DNA of 64,000 bases from Octopus vulgaris. Its lineage: Eukaryota. Positions within the stretch are counted from its first letter, which is position 1. Each line of letters opens with the position of its first letter. The notes under the pieces are model-generated. The model was given only the letters and a program-made list of their open reading frames with translations, did not search any database and was not told the origin of the DNA. The stretch spans positions 4,278,001-4,342,000 of the forward strand of contig OX597826.1 of NCBI GenBank assembly GCA_951406725.2, written 5' to 3'. This document shows, one piece after another, positions 50,330-64,000 of the stretch. Both the position numbers and the translations under genes were made by a program.

Positions 50330-50476
50330 GGGCGCAGGAGTAGCTTGCTTCCCGACCACATGGTTCCGGGTTCAGTCCCACTGCGTTGCACTTTGGGCAA
50401 GTGTCTTCTACTAAAGCCACGGGCCGACCAAAGCCTCGTGAGTGGATTTGGTAGACAGAAACCGAAAGAAGCCCCT

Positions 50477-50478
<2 letters not shown>
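50330..50478 (+). mobile_element. SINE family A 5' half
   Basis: Homologous to about 5710-5870, with a small deletion in the A box region. Confidence 0.85.
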
Positions 50479-50516
<38 letters not shown>

Positions 50517-50518
50517 TA

Positions 50519-50549
<31 letters not shown>

Positions 50550-50569
50550 TTCCTTCCCGTCATTCAATA

Positions 50570-50751
50570 TGTGACCGCGGGTGTATTGTTGGCGATTTTC
50601 TTCCTCCGTCTTCCCTTCCTTGGACCTTTCCTTTTTCTATGTTTGTAACGAAGAGCTCCGCTCGAAACGTTAAATCCTCCTTCTTTCTTTCCTTTCCTGA
50701 GTGTCCAATAACACTATACTTGTTCCACGTCCTCGCGTTGTATTTTGGGAT

Positions 50752-50757
<6 letters not shown>
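50570..50757 (+). mobile_element. ~200 bp hammerhead-bearing dispersed repeat (copy with mutated core)
   Basis: Colinear with 53429-53635; the motif at 50641-50675 has CTGA changed to GTAA. Confidence 0.8.
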
Positions 50758-50792
<35 letters not shown>

Positions 50793-51096
50793 ATATACAT
50801 ATATATAAACTTCCTTATCCAATATATATATACACTCTCTCAGATTCGATCCTCTAAAACATATCGATTCTACTCACACAACCAAAAACTGTTCTCTAAA
50901 ATCTGTAGACTCTTAACCAGAAATATATTCGCTTAATCCAACAATATTGACACTATTCAGTATATATACTGACTTTAGCTCTAAAATATTGTGACACTAA
51001 CCGCAAAATATATCCTTTAATAATACCACCTAAATTATACGTCAACGATATTTCGCATCACTCATTCTAACGTGCCTTATTCCAACGGTAATTATT

Positions 51097-51442
51097 TTCT
51101 GTTCTAGGCACAGGCCCAAATCTTTGAGGGAGGGCGCCAGTCTATTAGATCGACCCGAGTACACAATTGTTACTTAATTTATCGACCCCGAAAGAGGACA
51201 AAGAAGGACAGACAAACGGATAAGTCGAGCGTAACTGGTACTTATTCAATCGACCCCGAAAAGATTAAAGGCAAAGTCGACCTCGGCGGAATTTGAACTC
51301 AGAACGTAACAGCAGACGAAATACCTCTTTCTTTACTAACCACAAGGGGCTAAACACAGAGAGGACAAACAAGGACAGATAAACGGATTAAGTCGATTAC
51401 ATCGACCCCAGTGTGTAACTGGTAGTTAATTTATCGACCCCG
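51097..51442 (-). mobile_element. SINE family B multimer with deletions
   Basis: Three ATCGACCCCG core starts; junction GACGAAATACC|TCTTTCTTT. Confidence 0.85.
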
Positions 51443-52607
51443 GGTTGCGTCTAGAAAGAGAGACACAAAAACAGACGAAAACGAAAAAGAATCGATCGTA
51501 TAAACAGGAGATCGATCCCAAAGAGTATAAAGGTCCGAAAGAGGTGAGTCGCAACGATGACAAGCATAAATTAATCTACTCGGCTCAATAACGACCCGAC
51601 TAATTTGCTACATTCAGGTGTGTGTGTGCGTGTGCGTGTGTGCTTGCATGTATTTTACATGCTTGTGTGTGTGTATAAACATATTACACACATGTATACG
51701 CGTGTGAGTGTGTGTGAGTGTATTGCGACGATGAATACAGCCAAATGATATAATTATCAAAAAGAAATGACTATAAACCTGCGCTTTTTTAACGAAAATC
51801 TCTTGATGTTTGTTTCACCCAATTTTGCACAAACAAACCCTCAAAATTCTGAGGTTGGCTGGAAAACTCTGACGGCATTGCTGTTCACAGAATGTCATAT
51901 AATACTAATACAACAATCCCTCGACTATCGCGAGTGTTACCTTCCAAAAATCCCCGCGATAAGTGAAAATTCACAAAGTAGAAACAGTACTGTACAGTAT
52001 ATTTTAAAAAATTATTTTCATGATTTGCTTATATTCATTTTAATTATAAATGCAAAGCAACACCACATAGGAATCGGTGTAAGCTTAAATGAAAAACCGC
52101 GATAGATGAACCGCAATATGGCGAGTTGACCTATCGAAAATAAGTTTCCTGTAGGAAATGAATTTTAGAAATGAGTTTGCTTCTTCTGCCATCTTAAGTA
52201 TTGTCTTTCTTGTTAAAGTAAGTCGTAGTAATCTACTGGGTTTCATTCTTAGTCTTCTGTGAAACATATTAAACTGCAATGGTGGTGAGGCTGTATCTTG
52301 GGTGTTAAGTGATAAGGAGAGCGTCGGATTGTCCCATAGTCACCACTTCTTCCGGGTTCACTGAGACCCGAGGAAGTAGAACGCCAGTTATGTATCAACT
52401 ATCTGAGAATAGTCCTGTGACAATTCTCTGATGGATTCCAAGGAGGTCTGGTCCACTAGACATGCCACACAGGCCCACTTGATGTACGAAGAGCTCTGAT
52501 GTTGCGTGCACCCCTCTCGCTAGATAAAGGTTAAATAGCCCTGTATTTCAAGGCGACGCTCGGGGGAGCAGGAGAGGGCAGTTAAACATAAATAAACATG
52601 CAAGGCA

Positions 52608-52854
52608 ACATGGAAGACCAGCAGTTGCCCGTACATACAGGCCTCACCTCACCACGCCACCGGTGTTATCCAAGGGAAAGGCAAAGGGGCCGATACAGCT
52701 TGGCACCTGTGACCTCAGAACTTATTTCTACAACTGAGTGAACAGGAGCAACATGAAATAAAGTGTCTTGCCCAAGATCACAAGACACAACCCGGTCCGG
52801 GATTCGAGCTCGCAACCTCACGATCGGGAGCTCAACGCTCTTAACCACTGAGCT
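52608..52854 (-). mobile_element. tRNA-derived SINE family F (CORE/V-like)
   Basis: TAGCTCAGTGG A box, GAGCTCGAATCCC B box, then TGTGATCTTGGGCAAGACACTTTATTTCATGTTGCTCC. A related fragment lies at about 28535-28625. Confidence 0.8.
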
Positions 52855-53428
52855 ACTTATTTAGAGCGAGCTAAAATACATTTATTTAGCTAAGAAATAT
52901 ATTTAAATTTAAATAAATAATATTCACCCCTCATTACTCATACACTACGAACTGTTCCCATACGCACCTCATACAAATTAATATAGAGGTGACCTTATAA
53001 CTACATAAAAATAATTACATAAAGGTGGGTAACACTATAGCCTAGCAACAGTAGTTTCTTTTTCTCCGTTTTTTTTTTTTAGTTAAATATTATATATTTA
53101 GAACATCTATGTAAAAATAATTCTTTAATCTAATATGTAAGTAAGAGTCTAAAAACATCTCATTAAAATAAGAACATATTGAAATCTTAGTAAAAGAAGT
53201 AATCACCGTACATTACCCATCCTCAGAGATGTGAACCCGCACACTTTCAGCTCTATCAACTTTGTCGCCGTAGAGAAGGACTCTTTCTACGTAGTCTGCA
53301 TGACCTGCTAAAAATAGCTGTCAAGCTCACTTACGTCATAGTGAGTCGTTTTGAAAGAGGAAGACCTCTTGTAAATTGAGCCATATATGTATATGTACAT
53401 ATGTATATATATATGTGTGTGTGTGTGT

Positions 53429-53635
53429 GTGACCGCGTGTGTATCGTTGGCGATTTTCTTTCTCCGTCTTCCCTTCTTTGGACTTTTTCTTTTCTTCTAT
53501 ATTTCTGACGAAGAGCTTCGCTCGAAACGTTAAATTCTCCTTCTTTCTTTCCTTTCCTGAGCGTCCAATAACACTATACTTATTCCACGTCCTCGCGTTG
53601 TTGTGTTATCCTTTTGTTCATGTTTGGATTAACTA
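53429..53635 (+). mobile_element. ~200 bp hammerhead-bearing dispersed repeat (PLE pLTR- or retrozyme-like)
   Basis: Second copy at 50570-50757; both abut TA/TG-type microsatellites; contains the motif at 53501-53535. Confidence 0.8.
53501..53535 (+). ncRNA. Minimal type-I hammerhead ribozyme motif with intact core
   Basis: ATTT-CTGACGA-A-GAGC TTC GCTC-GAAA-C-GTT-AAAT. Stem I ATTT/AAAT, stem II GAGC/GCTC, loopless palindromic ACGT stem III; predicted cut after 53531. Confidence 0.75.
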
Positions 53636-55125
53636 TGTATGTATGTATGTATGTATGTATGTATATATATGTACAAAAATATGTAGCTCATGGTTTAATT
53701 CTGTTAGTCATAGGTCTGTTTGAACAGGGTCAACTTTTGCGCTTAGACAATATATCCACTCGGTAGCCCCAACATAGTATGTTAACCTGGTCTATCTTGC
53801 TCATGATTATACTTGTAGCAAGGGTAACTCACCCAAGTTTGAAGTATCTTCATAATATGTGAATTATTTCTATACTGAACAACTTACTTAAAATTAGGCT
53901 AACTTTAACTTTGTTACAATACCTTCGTACTATCACCTTAGACTTGAATAAACTCTAAGGATTTAGAACTACGATAACTTTACGTGGATATATTGCTAAG
54001 CTTCAAAAACGAAGTCAACTTTTCTCACATATATACGTCTAAACAGATTTAGGTTAACTAGACCCCTACAGTTGTACCGACATAGATCAAGGTTAACTAG
54101 ATACACCTACATGGAATTAGGTTACTAGACCGGTACTGTTGTTTCTACTTAGAACTAGGTTAACAAAAGCTATACTGCGGTGAAACTAAGAAATAAGATA
54201 ATTAAGTCTATACCTTACCTTGTATGACTTGATAAGAGTTCGGTGAGCAATATTCACCTGTTAATGACAAAATAGCACTTAGTGAACTTACATTCATTTC
54301 CTGTTATAATTGCATGAAAGACCTTAAAACAGCTGATATTTTGGCTTGTTTGCCATTACGTTATCGAATACAACATCTTCATTCTTTGTAAGGATGAACC
54401 CAATATTTCAAATGAACTTAGATAAGGAATGAAGATATGAGCTTTCATATATTTTCCATGGAATTAACTGCATAAAGGTGCAGGATTGGTACAATAGTTA
54501 GCGTCGAATAATATGTTTTGTGGAACTTGTAACGGCGCTATGCCTTCTGAATTTAAACAGGGGTGAATTTGCCGTTCACAATTGTGGGTCGATAAAATAA
54601 GATAAACCCATAGATATGAAGGGAAGGATATGATACCTAATGGTATTCACTTCGTCCCCTTTTGTTATGAGTTCCATTGCATGCACTACAATGGTATCAA
54701 GATGGATCCGTCTTGGATTATTTTGCCTTTTGAAATTATGCTTTCATGAAGAGGGCAGGTTGGCTGCAAAGGTAACTCCGGGTCTTTCTTAGAACTTGTC
54801 CAGAAATGCGCCCTAGAGACCTATCCAGGTGCGGATAAAGGATAAATTCTGACAGTAGCATAAAATAAACAGACACCTAAGTAAAACAAAACATCTTTAA
54901 TTATGGTTTCAAACTGAAAACTGTTTTGCAAGCAACACACGTAATCCGTGAGGACAAAGGAACTCAGCTGATGGCAGAACTGGTTGAGTGCTAGACAAAA
55001 TACTTTGTTTTACATACTTACAACACTCTACATTCTGAATTCACATCATATCTGACATGTACTCTATCCTTCTATAGCAGTCTTATATATTACAGTTTGC
55101 ATTGTGTGTGTGAATACACACACGC

Positions 55126-55215
<90 letters not shown>

Positions 55216-55969
55216 GCATATATCGGTACAGGACGTCATGAAATACGAAAGCAAATGAGTTCAATATATGTATATATATATATATTGTCTGAAAATTTCA
55301 CTTAACTGAGCTTACTGGAGTTACTTCCCATGAATATTTCCGATTAAAAAAAAAGAAATACTCCATAGTATGACATTCGTTTGAATAATATTAGTCAAAG
55401 GGAGTTTTTCAAATCATTCTACGTTGTTAGTATGCTTAATGCTTTTTCTATATTATATTCACTCAACCTTATTTTGCATATGCTCATTCTGCCGAGTCAT
55501 GAGAGATTGCTGAAACAGTCACTCGACCAGCTAGAAATAAATACAAGCTGAATCTTTACTTTTGTTTTTTATAAAAGGTTACCAGTTATACACCAGGATT
55601 CGTTTGATAGACTCTATCTACTCTATCCTTCTCTTACGTTTTTATGTTGCGCTAATGTTAAATATAATTATTATATCATATTTCGTTTGTTATTTTGTTT
55701 CTTATCACTTAATCTTTTTTTTTTCTCTGTACAAGTCCGCTCTTGTAATTTTCGGATCACTGCGACCAAATCATGTCTCTAATCGTCACGAGGTTCTCCC
55801 AGAATGACAATAGACGCCTATCATCGTTAGCTGTCTACCAAGGATTGGTTCATGCCATAAATTGGTCAGTAATACGAGTAGGAAATGCAACTCAGGGTGT
55901 GAAGACCTGGAAAAGATACCGCAGAACATTTTATGTAAAACTCTCACTATATCATTACACAGATATATC

Positions 55970-56585
55970 ACTTAGACAAGTACTATATTTATCTACTGCA
56001 AAAGGATAAAAGGTGAAGTTGACCAAGGCAGAATCTGAACTGAGGGCGCAGAGAACCAGAACATATTTGTAGTCATTTTATCGAACGCCTTAACCACTAA
56101 GCCAATTCATCACCTTACTTTGATGTAATATCAACGCTCTTTTATACATATTAGTTTCAAATCTTAACACAAGGCCAGCAAATTTCGGAGAAGAGCGTAA
56201 GTCAATTACACGGACCCCAGTGCTCAACTGTTACCTATTTGATCGACTCTGAAAGGATAAAAGGCGAAGTCGATCTCGTTGGAATTTGAACTCAGAACGT
56301 AAAGAAGAACGAAATGCTACTGAGCATTTTTGCAAGTGTTGTAACGATTTTGCCAGCCTCATAGACATACTAGCGAATGGAGGCGACAGGGCAGAGTCCT
56401 TACAACGTCAGTATAAATTATTGTGCCACTTCCTCCGATACTTGGTTTTCTGAGTTCAAATCCTACCGTGATCACCTTTGCATTCCATCCTTTCGGAGTT
56501 GATGAAATAAACTATTAGTTAAGTACTATCGACAAAATACTTCCCTTCAAAAATTGCCGGCTTTGTGCCTTTATTAGAAACCATT
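55970..56585. mobile_element. Cluster of old SINE family B copies (two minus, one plus)
   Basis: Cores at about 55995 and 56245 (minus) and 56475 (plus). Confidence 0.7.
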
Positions 56586-57430
56586 AGCAGTTAAATGGCT
56601 GAATTGGTTGATGTTCGGACAATACAGTATTTACCTTTCATGTCAATAAAATAGAGTTTCTTGTAGTCTTGAAGATTAAACCTAAGACAGTCCTCATCGA
56701 GAAAACGTGTAATCAAAGACATTCCATCCGTGAACACCGCTTTTATCCTATGCTGGGTTGGGTGGAGTCCAGAATTACATTACCCAACACGTCTTTTTCT
56801 ACGAAAGTGACATGTAATTGAGGGCGATTTCGCTGTAATTTTCACTAAATCGATACTTTGATGTTCTTTCTCGAGGGCTCAGCAAAGTACCAGTTTAATG
56901 CTGGGTCCACATTATCCTGTGCCTCTTTTTCTAAAGCAGTTGAGTGTGGTTGAGGGAGATGTAACTGTTATTTCCAATAAGTCGACCAAACACGTTGACA
57001 CTTTCATTAGCTCGATAAAGACTATTTCCTTATGCTGCACCAAAATCAGACGACAAGAAACTACCTAAGAAACCAATTGTGACTAATTCTATACAAGGGG
57101 GAACATCAAAATGGTCGCTTGATTGCTGAGAAATAGCAACCAAATCTTCCTCAAATCACATTTGTTTTAGAAAAAGGACATGGTGTATAGTATGTACTCG
57201 AGATCTCTGCATAACGGGAAAAAATGGTGGGATGGTCACGGTTGAATACCTATGATGACGGATCTGATCTATGATTGGCTGACGTGGAGTAAGGAATAAA
57301 CGACACGTACTTTTGCCTTGCACGGACACAAACGGTACTTCAATAACAACAACAACAGCAGCAACAATAACTGCTGCTGCTAATACTACTACTACTACTA
57401 CTACTACTAATGATGATGATGATGATGATG

Positions 57431-57814
57431 ATTTCAAATTTTGGCACAAAGCCAGCAAGTTTGTGGAAGCTGATAAGCCGATTACATCGACCCGTGTTTC
57501 ACTGGAACTTGATTTGTCGACCCCGAAAGAATGAAAGGCAAAGTCGACCATGGGCGGAATTTGAAGTCAGAACGTAGCGACAGGCGAAATACCTATTTCT
57601 TTACTACCCACAAGGGGCTACACACAGAGAGGACAAACAAGGACAGACGAACGGATTAAGTCGATTATATCGACCCCTGTGCGTAACTGGTACTTAATTT
57701 ATCGACCCCGAAAGGATGAAAAGCAAAGTCGACCTCGGCGGAATTTGAACTCAAAACGAAATACCGCTAAGCATTTCACACGGCTTGCTAACGTTTCTGC
57801 CAGCTCGCCGCCTT
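57431..57814 (-). mobile_element. SINE family B dimer (head-core-tail1-core-tail2 variant)
   Basis: Junction CGAAATACC|TATTTCTTT at about 57593; the terminal unit ends in TTGTGCCAAAATTTGAAAT. Confidence 0.88.
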
Positions 57815-58292
57815 TCGCCTTAATAATAATAATAATATTAACAATAATAATAATAATAATAAAAGATATGCTGCTATCTCTGTTGTTTGTTTTGATACCT
57901 TTGATGTGGCTAAATCAGCTGTACCGGTGTTAAACTGGAGTTAAAGAACATCAACAACAATAATAATAATACTCAATTACGACTGCTGCTGCTGCTGCAT
58001 CTGTTACTGTTGTTGTTGTTGTTTTTAACCCCAGGTCAACTCTGATGCGGCTGGGTTCCTCATAGTCAAAGCCGATCCGCTTCCTCACTCACCACAAATG
58101 TCTTCTTGTCCGTAGATCGAGAGACGTGTAGCTGAATACTTTCACGCGTTTAGTGTGTGATTGCACGAGTTAAAGGGGAGTTTGGCTGCTATTTCCAGCA
58201 TGTCGAGCGACTGCGTATAGGATCCCTTGGGAGTGGGGGCGGTGTTGACTGATGCTGCAAACGCTATTGTTACTACTGCTACCTCACTCCTC

Positions 58293-58334
<42 letters not shown>

Positions 58335-58437
58335 CGCTCGCGCGCTCACACACAATGTGCGTTGCGTTTATAAGTGGATGTATGTGTATGCGTGTGTATA
58401 TATAGTGTGTATGGGCTTGAGTTTATGAATGTGTGTA

Positions 58438-58470
<33 letters not shown>

Positions 58471-58609
58471 GAATGAGTGTAAGTTGTGCTCGTGTGTGTT
58501 TATTCATGTATGTTTATGTGTGTGTTTAAAAGCATCCGCGCGTGTATGTGTGTGTGTGTGTGTATGTTAACTCTAAATATTGTCTCTTAATTCTTTCATC
58601 CTCTCTCTT

Positions 58610-58661
<52 letters not shown>

Positions 58662-58744
58662 TCTGCTGCTGCTGCTGCTGCAAACTGCATGCCTAGAAGA
58701 GATTAGCTACCACCTCGACGTCGTCTCCTCCGACCGCTACTCAC

Positions 58745-58900
58745 TGAATAGAGGCTTGTCGACATCACTGCACACTTTATATCCGCCATCATCATCACCA
58801 CAACCATTATCAGCAGCAGCAGCAGAACCACCACCACCGCCACCACTACCACAATCATTGCTAACATCGGCACCATCACCATTATCATCCTTTACATCAG
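58745..58900 (-). other. Candidate 156 nt symmetric exon (unverified)
   Basis: Acceptor TTATTTTTCAG|CT, donor TTCA|GTGAGT, length divisible by 3, open frame DVKDDNGDGADVSNDCGSGGGGGGSAAAADNGCGDDDGGYKVCSDVDKPLF. Low complexity, no recognised homology. Confidence 0.25.
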
Positions 58901-58919
58901 CTGAAAAATAACATCACCA

Positions 58920-61740
<2,821 letters not shown>

Positions 61741-63859
61741 CTATCCATATACATGCGTCAATCTCTTTATCTGTTCTTTCTCTCTCTCGCTCGCTCTTTC
61801 GCCTTCTCTATCCTCTCCTTTCACTCCCTCCACTCGTCCGCTTCCTCGCTCACTTCTTCTGTCGCTCACTCTTCGGATTTCTGCTAGCATTCCTGCTTCC
61901 GCAACCCATCCAAAATTTTTTATTTATTTTATTCTACCTCCTACCTACCTCCCCTTCTTTCCTCCTCTTTATCAACTCCTTCTTCATCATCTTCTTCTAA
62001 TAAAAACAACCAACACCACTACCCCCCCCAACACACCTCCGACTTCCACCTTATAAATCCTTCTTTTGCCGTCACTCCTCCTCCAACGCCTATTTAATAT
62101 TATCATTATTATCATCATTATTATTATTATTATTATCATCATTACTACAATTGCTATCATCGTCAGCTCTTCCTCCTTCTCCTCCTCCCGTATTCCCTTT
62201 TCATTTCACCATGTTCGTTTCTGCTTTTCTATTTCTCTCTCTCTCAATATCGTTTGTTTCCCCCCTTCGCTTCTCTCACTACGACTCTCGTCTCTGGCTT
62301 GCACCTTCCTCAGCAGCGCACCTTGCCCCCTCTGCCTGCCACCCTGTGCAGACAGACAGTCAGACAGCCAGGCAAGACAACACAGGGCGAGGCAATCACC
62401 GAAGCTTGTGTGTGAACTATGCTGAAAATATGTCTTCTGTATCAGTGGCCTATATTCCTGTGGAGTTTCGCTTTTGATACGTATATACATACATACAGAA
62501 CATAAATACATATATATGTATATAAATATATATATATATAGATAGATAACATAACTATATATATACATAAGCGTGTATATATATATATATATATATATAT
62601 AGATATATACATATAGATATAAATATATATGCATGTAAATATATACACATATAACTTGAAGTAACATATATATATTTATATATATGCGTATATGTGTATA
62701 TATGTACGTATGTATACGTGTATATATATTATATATTTGCTACACACTAAAATAACAACGACGGTGTGTCCTATTCTGTTCGGCTTGGATAAATTTTTCT
62801 CTGCTTGTTCTCTTCTACAAGTACCTACGTCACCTTCGCAATCACCACCATCACCATCATCATCATCATTGTCATCGTCCTCATCATCATCATCGTCATT
62901 TCATCGCCCTATCTACTGCTACCTTGGATATGTATAAATATATAAATATATATATATAAGAAATATACATACATTCATAAGCCTACACGCACATCGCATC
63001 CACAACTAATCTCTCTCTAACAAAACTTACACAGTCACACATGCACACGTGTAAACAGACACACACGTAGATGCACTGACACATTACAAAACACAAACAC
63101 AGACACAAACTTACACACGTACACATTTATATATATATATATACACATACAAACATATACATATCTTTATATACATACGCATACAGACACACATACACAC
63201 GAGTGAAACTTACACAACTACGTTATCACAAACAACACAAATATATATATATCTATTTATAAATATATATATATATAAATGGATATATAACATATATGAG
63301 TGTGTGTGTATATATTTTGGAATAATATACATACATACATGTATAACTACAAATATTTAGTGCTTCTCTACAAGGAGGTTCCGTAAAAATAACACGAATA
63401 TATCCAAATCAAACGAAGAAAGAGGTGAAATATTATAACATAAAAAAAAAAGAATATTTTTTAAATAACATAATATATGATTGATAATTATTACGATTAT
63501 TGTTATTAAACCACAAAACTAATTAACATGGAACTTATTACAGGAATAATGATTTTGCTTAAATGCCTTGATCTTGCTTTCGGTAAGTACTGTTTTAGAA
63601 TTTTTTACACTTTACCACAACGTTATTTTTAGTATTCTTCGGATTATTATTATTATTATTATTATTATAAAGGTATTACGTGTAGGTGTTAGAGCTTATT
63701 CTGTGAGTACATGCGTGCGTGTGTGTTTGTGTTGTGTTGTGTTGTTATAGTAAAATTTGTTATACAGCTTCAAATTGCTTATCTATTTATCAATATACAT
63801 AACTACAGCCAGATGTGTGTGTGTGTTTGTTTATGCGTCTGTAGAATGTGCGCATGTGA

Positions 63860-63911
<52 letters not shown>

Positions 63912-64000
63912 ATAAGCTATATGTGTATGCATGCGTGTATGTGTACCTCTGTATTAGTTCTAAGCATACGAAGTTTGGTATGGATATTAAGACAACTAGT

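Larger units (their letters stand above)
49650..51020. repeat. Degenerate ~22-23 bp minisatellite (consensus like CCTCCAAAATATATCGACTCTA) split by insertions at about 50000-50810
   Basis: CC(A/T)(A/G)AATAT-type motif recurs at about 23 bp spacing in 49650-49975 and 50810-51020. Confidence 0.7.

Noticed and set aside
50111-50857. 248 aa ORF
   Set aside because: Chance read-through across a Helitron-like piece, SINE A, microsatellite and the hammerhead repeat.

Overview
Eukaryotic, AT-rich, extremely repeat-dense non-coding DNA (intron or intergenic). The microsatellite load and the tRNA-derived SINE families suggest a coleoid cephalopod, probably Octopus; this is an inference from repeat content. 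No intact host protein-coding gene is recognisable, and nearly all ORFs in the track are read-throughs of microsatellites or SINEs. Supportable content: a full-length frameshifted mariner (32534-33814) and a fold-back mariner derivative (9889-10765); a Tc1 relic; two Ty3/Gypsy pol relics, one with nested hAT MITE, HERO-like LINE and SINE insertions; a 5'-truncated RTE insertion with a perfect TSD; a Penelope-like element (PLE); several SINE families (labels A, B, C, E, F are my own); and mini/microsatellites. The most notable signal is a set of minimal type-I hammerhead ribozyme motifs from at least three repeat families. One sits in a PLE 3' module built as tRNA-like Pol III head + microsatellite + hammerhead, and this module also occurs alone as a short non-autonomous element. 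Coordinates of degenerate repeats are approximate (about +/-20 bp).
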